Shown: positions 1-7,638 of the stretch, piece by piece
How positions within the stretch are numbered: position 1 is the first letter of the stretch
Layout of the letters: each line of letters opens with the position of its first letter
Assembly: GCA_043732485.1 (NCBI GenBank)
Contig: JAYTHP010000151.1
Coordinates: 1-12,084 of the forward strand
DNA length: 12,084 bases
Direction: 5' to 3'
From: Oligoflexia bacterium
GTDB lineage: Bacteria; Bdellovibrionota; UBA1018
Translations under genes and position numbers: made by a program
Notes under the pieces: model-generated
What the model was told of the DNA's origin: nothing
The model's input: the letters and a program-made list of their open reading frames with translations, nothing else
The model's database searches: none

Positions 1-269
1 GCGTCACGTGCTGCCGCAGGGTCAATCTCCTTGGGTAACAGCGCCTGGCTTTTCCAGAACAGCAGGGTGGCTGCCATCACCAAAAAGTCGCTTGCGGTAT
101 CAAAGTTCAGCTCTTGCATCAGTCTGACGTAGGCTAGGTACTGATCGGTGATCTGGGTCAGCGATACTGCGGAGATCTTTAGCTCATGGCTTTGAATGAG
201 GTAGAGTAATAAATCGAGCGGACCTTCAAAGGTGTCAAGCTTGAGGTTAATCGGCAGTCGGTGCAGCAT
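1..269 (-). CDS. scpA: Segregation and condensation protein A (SMC kleisin ScpA), 5' part; runs off the window
   Basis: Not in the ORF track. Manual translation from ATG at 269: MLHRLPINLKLDTFEGPLDLLLYLIQSHELKISAVSLTQITDQYLAYVRLMQELNFDTASDFLVMAATLLFWKSQALLP. The FEGPLDLLL and FLVMAATLL-xxKS-xxLLP motifs are ScpA hallmarks, and trpS-scpA adjacency is common. Confidence 0.95.
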   Translation of the reverse strand, partial: MLHRLPINLKLDTFEGPLDLLLYLIQSHELKISAVSLTQITDQYLAYVRLMQELNFDTASDFLVMAATLLFWKSQALLPKEIDPAAARD

Positions 270-299
270 GAAGCCTCGGGGGGGGTTGCTCGGCAGTCG

Positions 300-1301
300 T
301 CATGGTTCTAAGCCTAGATGAGCGTAAAGTGTGACTAGGGTCTTGCGCGCTCGGATTTTTGCCGATGCCGCACCCTTGAGTAAAAGATCTCGCAAATACT
401 CCGGTTGCGCTAGCAATTCTTGCTGCTTTTTTTGTAAAATCGTCATTTTCGCAATCACGATCTCCGCAGTGTCTTGCTTTAAGACCCCGTATTGTTTCCC
501 TAAATAAGAGCTGAGTACCTGCTCAGGCGTTGAGCCTTGTAACGCGGCTTGGATTTCCATCAAATTACGGACGCCCACCTTTTGCGGATCGCCATCAATC
601 AGGGAGCCTGAGTCGGTGACCGCTTTTTTGATCTTTTTTAAGAGCGTGGCAGGCGGGTCGGAGAGAAATAAGGTGCCATCCGTCTGCGGGTCAGATTTGG
701 ACATCTTGAGGGTCGGATTTTGTAAGCTCATGATCTTGGATCCGGTTTTGGCGATAAAAGCCTCAGGGACGACAAACCCAGGATGCCCTAAAGTTTGATT
801 CAAGCGAATCGCTAAATCACGAGTCAGTTCCAGGTGTTGTCGTTGATCCTCACCCACCGGCACCAGCTGGGTTTGATACAAGAGGATGTCAGCTGCCATC
901 AGCACCGGGTAGGTAAATAAGCCTGCACCGATCAGTTCGGAGCTGTTTTTCTTGCTCTTGTCCTTAAACTGCGTCATGCGATGCAACTCACCCATCGCGG
1001 TAAAGCACGTCAGCACCCAGGCTAATTCCGCGTGCTCGCTGACGGACGATTGTACGAAGAGGGTGGCAGTGTCCGGATTAATCCCTGCAGCCAGATAGGT
1101 GGCAAGCGTTGCCAGCGTGTGGCTGGCTAAGAGTTTGGGATCCTGGCGTACCGTGATGGCGTGCAAATTACCGATAAAAAACAGGCAATCATAGTCATGT
1201 TGCAGTTGCACCCAAGGTAACAAAGAGCCCAAGTAATTGCCCAAAGTGATCTGTTGGGAGGGTTGAACGGCTGAGAGGAGAATTTTGCGCGGGGGAGTAA
1301 T
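300..1301 (-). CDS. trpS: Tryptophan--tRNA ligase
   Basis: Class I motifs TLGNY (HIGH equivalent) and KMSKS, plus LHAIT, YPVLMAADILLY and VPVGEDQRQHLEL. Start placed at ATT 1301 (AAGGAG 8 nt upstream), giving 333 aa, a typical TrpRS length. The track start at 1568 lies deep inside the upstream gene. Identity is certain; the start is inferred. Confidence 0.95.
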   Translation of the reverse strand: MTPPRKILLSAVQPSQQITLGNYLGSLLPWVQLQHDYDCLFFIGNLHAITVRQDPKLLASHTLATLATYLAAGINPDTATLFVQSSVSEHAELAWVLTCFTAMGELHRMTQFKDKSKKNSSELIGAGLFTYPVLMAADILLYQTQLVPVGEDQRQHLELTRDLAIRLNQTLGHPGFVVPEAFIAKTGSKIMSLQNPTLKMSKSDPQTDGTLFLSDPPATLLKKIKKAVTDSGSLIDGDPQKVGVRNLMEIQAALQGSTPEQVLSSYLGKQYGVLKQDTAEIVIAKMTILQKKQQELLAQPEYLRDLLLKGAASAKIRARKTLVTLYAHLGLEP

Positions 1302-1414
1302 AGTTCTGGCTCCTTTTTCGGTGGGGGGGGGGGGTTGCTGCTCGCGCGGGGCAGGGCGCGAGAGAGGGGGCGTTAGGCCAGGTGGGGTGCCTGGTGACGC
1401 TCTCTCGACCTTCG

Positions 1415-2098
1415 TTACTCTAGCCCAAACAGCGCTCCCATCCCGCGCACGGAGATTTGGGTTAAAAAAAAGATCGGCGTCTTGAGCTGATTCAGCAGAC
1501 CAGAAAACATCAGACCGAGGAAAATGAAAAAACTGTTTTGCTCTAGCCACTCCTCGTGCTTGGTCCACTGGGGCGGCAGCAGGGCCTTGAGAATTCGGCT
1601 ACCATCAAGCGGATAGAGGGGAAGGAGGTTAAAAATGCCTAAGGCAAAATTTAGGCTAATGGCCACCTGGCTCATCCGAAAAAACGGCTCAAAGAAATAA
1701 AAGTCCTGCGGCACCCAAGCGGCTATGCCACAAAAGACCGCGGCAAACAGCAGGGCTAAGGCAAAATGCATCAGCGGGCCTGAGACCCCAACCCAGAAAA
1801 GCCCTTTCCTGAAGTGGCGAAAACGGTTGGGATGAATCGGGGCGGGTTTGGCCCAGCCTAAGAGCAGCGGCGAGTCGAGTAAGAGGTTGAGGATGGGCAA
1901 AAGCAAGGTCCCGACGGGATCGATGTGCGGCAAGGGATTCAGGGTCAAGCGCCCCTGTTTGGCTGCCGTCTCGTCGCCCCAATAATGGGCCATCCAGCAA
2001 AGGGCAAATTGATGAAAAACAATGGCCATCAGGAACGGTAAAAACTTGATGACGAGCGCTTGGATTTGCGGGGCGTAGGCATTCATACTGCTTTTCAT
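1415..2098 (-). CDS. Site-2 protease (peptidase M50) family membrane protein with a degenerate zinc-binding motif
   Basis: GDxTAxxxGRLTLNPLxHID, GWAKP, GP and FNLLPLYPLDG motifs, with several hydrophobic segments. The HExxH position reads HQFAL. Start is ATG 2098 or ATG 2086. Confidence 0.9.
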   Translation of the reverse strand: MKSSMNAYAPQIQALVIKFLPFLMAIVFHQFALCWMAHYWGDETAAKQGRLTLNPLPHIDPVGTLLLPILNLLLDSPLLLGWAKPAPIHPNRFRHFRKGLFWVGVSGPLMHFALALLFAAVFCGIAAWVPQDFYFFEPFFRMSQVAISLNFALGIFNLLPLYPLDGSRILKALLPPQWTKHEEWLEQNSFFIFLGLMFSGLLNQLKTPIFFLTQISVRGMGALFGLE

Positions 2099-2138
2099 GC
2101 TAACACGCCCCAGGCGCAAAGTCCTTGAGAATTAGCAT

Positions 2139-3176
2139 TCAGTAGACTTTGCAATCCGCCCTGTCTGGTTGGTTTTGCAGCCGCCGGTACTCCTGAATGG
2201 CTTTAACCATGGCTTGGCTGATTTTGCTCTGACCGCGCGCCGAGCTCAGGAACTGGCGATCCTTGGGGTGATCGAGAAAGCCTGCTTCTACCAAAATACT
2301 GGGCATGTCAGCGCCCAAGAGCACGTGAAAGAGCGCTTGTTTGACCCCGCGGTTGGGGATGTGGCTGGCTTGGGTGAGGTGTTTTTGCACGATGCAAGCC
2401 AGGTGCCGGCTCGGGTTAAAGTTGGCATCCAGCCTGAGGTCTTTTAAGATGAGGGCAAGGTCGGCATCCTCTGGGGTTTTTTCGGTATTTTGTGGCAAAA
2501 AACTATTTTCGAGCAGCGCCAGTCTGCGCGAAGGGTCATTGGAGGTGTGGTTGAGGATGTAGGTCTCAATGCCGCCTGCCGACTGGGTGGGGTCTGAGGT
2601 GCCTGCACGCTTAAAAGGGTGTTTGAAGAGGTGACTCCACTTGTGCCAAGGCGAGGCGGTGGTGGTGGTGGTGTGGGTAGGCTTGTGTTGGCTGGAATTG
2701 ACGTGGAGTGAAATAAACAGCTGCGCTTTTTGCTGATTGGCCAAAGCGGTGCGCTGGGCGAGCGGCACTTCCTGATCACGGGTGCGCGTGAGCGTGACTT
2801 GAAAGTGCGCCGCTCGCAGCCGGGCTGCGATTTGTTGGGCCAGTTTCAAGGTGATTTGCTTTTCACTGAGGCGTAGGCCCTTTTTTTGAAAAATCGTCCC
2901 CTCATCACTGCCACCATGTCCGGGGTCAAGCACAATGCGAAAAGCGGGCAGTTTTTTGAGGCGAGCGTTGGCGGCGTTTGGGAGCACAACGGGGGGGGTT
3001 AAAGCGGCGTTGGCGGTGAGGACGCACGGGGGCCTTCGACTCAGCAGGAAGCTAAGTAGGAAGCTGATGATCACGCTCCAGGCCAAACGCCGGGTGGGGG
3101 GAGTCGTCGTGATGACGAGCGGGGAAGGGCTAAAACGCTTGCTACGCCTCGAACTTTGCTGACACCATGGACTCAC
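2139..3176 (-). CDS. N-acetylmuramoyl-L-alanine amidase (Amidase_3, AmiA/AmiC-like)
   Basis: Zn/catalytic motifs VLDPGHGG, EKQITL, SLHVN and ILVEAGFL; regulatory-helix-like LALLENS; N-terminal hydrophobic segment. GTG start has GGGGGAG 8 nt upstream. Confidence 0.92.
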   Translation of the reverse strand: MSPWCQQSSRRSKRFSPSPLVITTTPPTRRLAWSVIISFLLSFLLSRRPPCVLTANAALTPPVVLPNAANARLKKLPAFRIVLDPGHGGSDEGTIFQKKGLRLSEKQITLKLAQQIAARLRAAHFQVTLTRTRDQEVPLAQRTALANQQKAQLFISLHVNSSQHKPTHTTTTTASPWHKWSHLFKHPFKRAGTSDPTQSAGGIETYILNHTSNDPSRRLALLENSFLPQNTEKTPEDADLALILKDLRLDANFNPSRHLACIVQKHLTQASHIPNRGVKQALFHVLLGADMPSILVEAGFLDHPKDRQFLSSARGQSKISQAMVKAIQEYRRLQNQPDRADCKVY

Positions 3177-3272
3177 ACTTTTGTCTCCCCCGACTCTCTC
3201 TGGTCTTAACCGCGTGGGCTTTCGATTGCCCCCAAGTACTCCTGACGACTGCTTCTCCTGCCCCTGCTCCCT

Positions 3273-3292
3273 CTCTCGCTTACTCTCGCTTA
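3273..3292. repeat. 10-bp tandem duplication CTCTCGCTTA x2 in the amidase/mutY divergent intergenic region
   Basis: Exact copies at 3273-3282 and 3283-3292. Confidence 0.8.
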
Positions 3293-3321
3293 TTTCCTTA
3301 TTTTATGGCAAGGCCTAGGGC

Positions 3322-4497
3322 ATGAGCAAGACAATCAAGCAAACTTCGCACGTTTTCAGGTTAAAAAAGCCCGACAGCCCGTGGGTGCAGATTTTTCAAG
3401 CACTGAGCCGCTGGTTTGAACGCGAGCAACGGCAATTGCCCTGGCGCAACCGACCTGAGATTTACCGCGTCTGGGTGTCGGAGATCATGTTGCAGCAGAC
3501 CCAAGTGGTCACCGTTTTACCGTTTTTTGAGCGTTTCATGGCCAGGTTTCCCTCGCTGGCGAGCTTGGCTGCAGCGGACGTCAGCGAGGTGCTGGTCTTG
3601 TGGTCAGGCTTGGGCTATTATTCGCGCGGCCGCCGGTTGCATGAAGCCGCTAGGCTTATCCAAGCAGGAGGCGGCAGCTTTCCTGAAACCCGCGCGGGCT
3701 GGCTTGCCATCCCTGGGGTGGGCGAGTACACGGCAGGGGCGATTTTATCGATTGCGTTGCACCAGGCTGAGCCCTTACTCGATGGGAATGTCGAGCGCGT
3801 GCTTGCCAGGCTCAGACGCATCGCTCGCGGCCCAAACTATACCCGCCGCCTCTGGCGCTTAGCCCGCTTGTTGGTCTTGCAAGGTGTGCACCAAGGCATC
3901 GATCCCAGCGCACTGAATCAATCGCTCATGGAATTAGGTGCCACGGTCTGCACCGTGCGGCAGCCGCAGTGTCCGCGCTGCCCGCTGCGCCCGGGTTGCA
4001 AGGCCCACGCGCTGCTGCAAACCTCGCTTTTTCCGCAAAAAAAAGCGCCAAAGAAATGGCGCACCGTGCAAGAAACCGTGCATGCAGTGATCAGTCCGCG
4101 TGGTCAGTGGTCGGGGCCGGCGTCTTCGTGTGGCCCTTGGCTGTTGCTCGAGCAACGGGAGAAGGGGGCTTGGCGTGCAGGGCTGTGGGATTTTTTATCC
4201 AATCCGGTGGATTTTGCCGCCTTGGGTTTGTCAGCCGCCCAGAAGTTGACGGTAGTTGAGACCTCGCATGTCGTGACCCAGCATAAGATCCGGCGCACGA
4301 CCGAGGTTTGGAGCGTGAGCCCCGAGGTGGTCAAAGCAGCCTTGGGTTTGCACGAGGGGCGGCGGCGGGTCGCAGGGCCTGAGTTGCGCTGGGTGCTGGC
4401 TCAAGGAGGTGAGGAGCTTGCTTGCGGCTCAGCCTTTCGCAAGAGTTGGGCTGCCGTGCAACAGCAACTAAGCCTGCTTTTGCCACTCAGCGAGTAA
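3322..4497 (+). CDS. mutY: A/G-specific adenine DNA glycosylase
   Basis: WVSEIMLQQTQV (catalytic Glu), GLGYYSR, HhH IPGVGEYTAGAI, DGNVERV, NQSLMELGATVC and the 4Fe-4S motif C-x6-C-x2-C-x5-C, plus a C-terminal NUDIX-like domain (GLWDF). Confidence 0.96.
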   Translation: MSKTIKQTSHVFRLKKPDSPWVQIFQALSRWFEREQRQLPWRNRPEIYRVWVSEIMLQQTQVVTVLPFFERFMARFPSLASLAAADVSEVLVLWSGLGYYSRGRRLHEAARLIQAGGGSFPETRAGWLAIPGVGEYTAGAILSIALHQAEPLLDGNVERVLARLRRIARGPNYTRRLWRLARLLVLQGVHQGIDPSALNQSLMELGATVCTVRQPQCPRCPLRPGCKAHALLQTSLFPQKKAPKKWRTVQETVHAVISPRGQWSGPASSCGPWLLLEQREKGAWRAGLWDFLSNPVDFAALGLSAAQKLTVVETSHVVTQHKIRRTTEVWSVSPEVVKAALGLHEGRRRVAGPELRWVLAQGGEELACGSAFRKSWAAVQQQLSLLLPLSE

Positions 4498-7368
4498 CTG
4501 GATGGCTTGCAGCGGGGTGATTTCGTTTAAGTTGAGTTGACTGACTTGCGTGACCAGCGGATGCATCACCCAGCGGACTTCCGGGAAACTGAGTTGCTCA
4601 GGCATGGCGGATTTTTTCCCGCTCTTGGGGCCTTGGCCCTGGGACTCTGCTGCAGGCTCAAGCGTGGGCTCGTCGGGAGGGGTGGGCTCGGGTGGGCTTG
4701 CAGCATCCGCGGGACTCAGGGTGGGGGGGGCTGTTGACGCTGAGGCTGTCGCGGTTTGGTCACCTTTTTTGGGACCCTCTAGGCGTTGCAAGACGCTCCA
4801 GGCGCGCTGGATCAAGGGTTGTGGCAGGCCTGCCATCTGGGCAACGTGAATGCCGAAGCTTTCTTGCGCGGGTCCGGGCAGCAGTTGATACAAAAACCGC
4901 AGCTTTTTTTGCGGTGAACGTTGCTGCTGGGGATTCGTGGAAGAAGCCGTTTGCGGGTGGCCGTCAGGGTGGCTGACATCGACGCCCATGTGAGCGTTGC
5001 GCAAGCCCGGCAGGCTCTCTGCCAGCGCGGTGAGCTCATGATAGTGGGTGGCAAAGAGCGTGCGGGCGGTCAGTTTTTGACTCATCCACTCGAGCGCCGC
5101 CCAAGCGACACTGATGCCGTCAAAGGTGCTGGTGCCGCGCCCGATTTCATCCAGCAGGATTAAGGAGCGTTGATCGGCATGATGCAAGATGTGGGCAAGC
5201 TCACTCATTTCCACCATAAAGGTGCTTTGACCCTGGGTGATCGCATCGTTTGCGCCAATGCGGGTAAAGATCGATGAAAACCAACCCCAGGAAGCCTGCA
5301 CCGCCGGGATCGGCGCTCCGCATTGACCCAGCAGCACGATTAAGGCGACTTGCCGCATCACGGTGGATTTACCCCCCATATTGGGTCCGGTGATCAGCAA
5401 GGTGCTGCCTCCTTGTGGGCTGAGCACCAGGTCGTTGGCCACAAAGTGACTGCCTAAGGCCTGGTCGACCAGCGGGTGCCTACCCCCTCGAATGGTTAAA
5501 TCCAAGGAGTGCTCGAGGATCTCAGGGAAGGACCAACGCGGTTGTAAGGCAACTTCGGCAAAAGAGAGTAAGCTTTCTAGCTCACCTAAGGCCTGGGCTG
5601 CGGCAATCAGTTCCTGGGAAAAACCTGCAGCCTCGCGCACCAGCTCGCAAAAGAGCTGGTACTCGAGGGTTTTTTGCCGCTCACTTGCAGTCAGGATGTT
5701 TTCTTCAAATTGCTTGAGCTCAGGCGTGAAAAAGCGCTCCGCTCCCACCATGGTTTGCTTGCGCTGATAATGAGCCGGGACGTTTTTGGCCTGAGCTGAG
5801 GTGATTTCGATGTAATAGCCAAAGACGCGGTTGAGGCGCACTTTTAAGGAAGCAATGCCCGTGGCTTGCCGCTCTCTGGTTTCTAAGGCTTGCAAGAACA
5901 GTTGCCCTTCTTGCGTGAGTGTTAAGAGTTGGTCTAATTCCGGGGTGGTGTTTTTTAGGAAAATCCCCCCGTCTCTTGCCGTAAGCGGTGCTTCAGGCAC
6001 CTGGGTACGCAAAATGCGCTGGGCAAGCGGGCTTAAGCGCTGACTGGCACTTTGCAGCTGACCTGCTAAAGCCACCAAGAGCGTGGGGGAGGTGGAAGGC
6101 GGAGTGACGAGCGGCAAGGAAGGCAAAAAATCAGCCAGCAGCTGATGAATCGCCTGCAGACTTTGCAAGGAAACCCCCAGCGCCAGGGTGTCGCGCGGGG
6201 TGGCAAGCCCGGTTTGAATACGGGCGCTTAAGCGCTCGAGATCAAATAACGCCCCGAAGGCTTGCTGGAAGTCTGCTTGCGACGATTTCTTCAGTTGCAT
6301 GAGCCCCTGCACCGCCTTTTGACGGGTCAGTACGGCCGCAGGTGAGGTGAGCGGTTCCCACAGCCAGCGCTTCAGGGTGCGGCCACCGACTGCCGAGCGG
6401 GTTTTGCGCATCAATCCTAGCACGCTGACTAAATCCAAGTGTTCCGGAGTTTTCGGTCCAAGCCTCAGACTCTGCGGTTTTAACAAGGGCAGCGGCTTTT
6501 GTAGGTAAGCTAAGCGCTCTTGGCGCTGCGAGCGCAGCAGGTAGTAAATCAGCTCAGCCACGGTGATCATCGAAGATTTCGGCTGAAAAAACTCCCCGAT
6601 TTGCTCAATTTGGTACTGATTTTTCAGCAGTATTTTGGCTTGCGCCTCAGAAAACGGCGCATGGCCCAGCGGCTCATGCAAGGCCGCGGCGGTGGCGTCA
6701 GCAGAGGTTTCGCCAAATAAGCTGGGTAACCAGTTTTGGAAGCCCTCAAGCCAGGCTGCAGGGTAAATCCAGTGGCCAATGGGTAAGGGCGCTAGCGCAA
6801 GCAGCAGCGATTCCGCTGAGAGAACCCCGCTCACCCGGATCTCGCCTGTGGAGGCATCCAGGCAGGCTAAGATAAAATGGGGTCGTTGGGTTGCGCCCTT
6901 GAGCTCATCGCGGCCATCCGCTGCGACTTGCACAAGCTCCCCTTGCGCCGTCACCGGCGTGAGGTTGGCTAGCAGTTTGGAGTCGGCCGTGGGTTCTAAA
7001 TCAAATTGAATGGCAGGAGACAAAATGCGAGTAATTTTTCTGGCCACGAGCCCAGTTTTTCCTGAGGACCCGGTAGGTTCACTTACTTGCTCGGAAAGTG
7101 CCACTTTTTTGCCCGCGGCTAGCAGTTTGGGAAGGTAGCTTTGAATACTATGATGCGGCACGCCTGCCATGGCAAGCGGGTTGGGCTTGTGCTTGTCGCG
7201 GGTGGTCAGCGTGATTTGCAAGATTTGGGCAGCGATGGTGGCGTCTGAGCCAAAAAGTTCGTAAAAATCACCCATGCGAAACAACAAGAGGGCATCGCCG
7301 ACTTCCGCTTTCAATGCCCAGTACTGCTTCATCAGCGGCGTCGTGTCTTGCTCGGTGCCTTTTTCCAT
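4468..7368 (-). CDS. mutS: DNA mismatch repair protein MutS (MutS1)
   Basis: TPLMKQY, GDFYELF (mismatch-binding Phe-x-Glu), GRHP, Walker A GPNMGGKST, STFMVEM, Walker B DEIGRGT, ATHYHEL, and a C-terminal ITPLQA tetramerisation helix. Confidence 0.98.
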   Translation of the reverse strand: MEKGTEQDTTPLMKQYWALKAEVGDALLLFRMGDFYELFGSDATIAAQILQITLTTRDKHKPNPLAMAGVPHHSIQSYLPKLLAAGKKVALSEQVSEPTGSSGKTGLVARKITRILSPAIQFDLEPTADSKLLANLTPVTAQGELVQVAADGRDELKGATQRPHFILACLDASTGEIRVSGVLSAESLLLALAPLPIGHWIYPAAWLEGFQNWLPSLFGETSADATAAALHEPLGHAPFSEAQAKILLKNQYQIEQIGEFFQPKSSMITVAELIYYLLRSQRQERLAYLQKPLPLLKPQSLRLGPKTPEHLDLVSVLGLMRKTRSAVGGRTLKRWLWEPLTSPAAVLTRQKAVQGLMQLKKSSQADFQQAFGALFDLERLSARIQTGLATPRDTLALGVSLQSLQAIHQLLADFLPSLPLVTPPSTSPTLLVALAGQLQSASQRLSPLAQRILRTQVPEAPLTARDGGIFLKNTTPELDQLLTLTQEGQLFLQALETRERQATGIASLKVRLNRVFGYYIEITSAQAKNVPAHYQRKQTMVGAERFFTPELKQFEENILTASERQKTLEYQLFCELVREAAGFSQELIAAAQALGELESLLSFAEVALQPRWSFPEILEHSLDLTIRGGRHPLVDQALGSHFVANDLVLSPQGGSTLLITGPNMGGKSTVMRQVALIVLLGQCGAPIPAVQASWGWFSSIFTRIGANDAITQGQSTFMVEMSELAHILHHADQRSLILLDEIGRGTSTFDGISVAWAALEWMSQKLTARTLFATHYHELTALAESLPGLRNAHMGVDVSHPDGHPQTASSTNPQQQRSPQKKLRFLYQLLPGPAQESFGIHVAQMAGLPQPLIQRAWSVLQRLEGPKKGDQTATASASTAPPTLSPADAASPPEPTPPDEPTLEPAAESQGQGPKSGKKSAMPEQLSFPEVRWVMHPLVTQVSQLNLNEITPLQAIQLLAEWQKQA

Positions 7369-7555
7369 CTGGCTTCGGTGTCCTTCTCGTGTGCGGGGTG
7401 ATTGTCTTTTGCCTGAGGCTTGTGTGCTCTCTGCCAGGGTCTTGACCAGCTTCTAGCAAGGATGGAAAAAAGCCGCAATGAGATTTCGTGGCTGCCTCTA
7501 CTCCTCCGCTTCTTCGCCTCTTCTCCGCTTTTGTCCTCTTGGTCTCCTGTTTTAC

Positions 7556-7601
7556 AAAAAAAAGAGACTGAAAGAGCAGGGGGGGGGCTCTTTCAGTCTC
7601 T
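7556..7601 (-). terminator. Rho-independent terminator downstream of the DsbA-family gene
   Basis: Perfect 15-bp inverted repeat AGAGACTGAAAGAGC (7563-7577) / GCTCTTTCAGTCTCT (7587-7601) with a 9-nt loop. A8 at 7556-7563 gives a U-tract after the stem on the minus strand, 37 nt after the stop at 7639. Confidence 0.88.
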
Positions 7602-7638
7602 GGTGTGGGGCACTGTGGGAGTTGAGAAGTCTGGGGGT

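Noticed and set aside
1302..1414. T-box riboswitch or Trp attenuator upstream of trpS
   Set aside because: The spacer is too short, has no T-box UGGnACC antiterminator bulge on the coding strand, and has no Trp-codon leader peptide.
1302..1568. 89-aa N-terminal extension of TrpRS in the ORF track
   Set aside because: It overlaps the upstream same-strand gene by about 150 nt, is low-complexity, and has no TrpRS-like features. The SD plus ATT at 1301 explains the gene better.
7369..7555. ORFs 7420-7662 and 7268-7459, and a possible mutS promoter (TTGCGG-N17-TAGAAG)
   Set aside because: The ORFs cross the terminator and a low-complexity pyrimidine tract. The promoter match lacks the conserved final T of the -10 element and is too weak to call.
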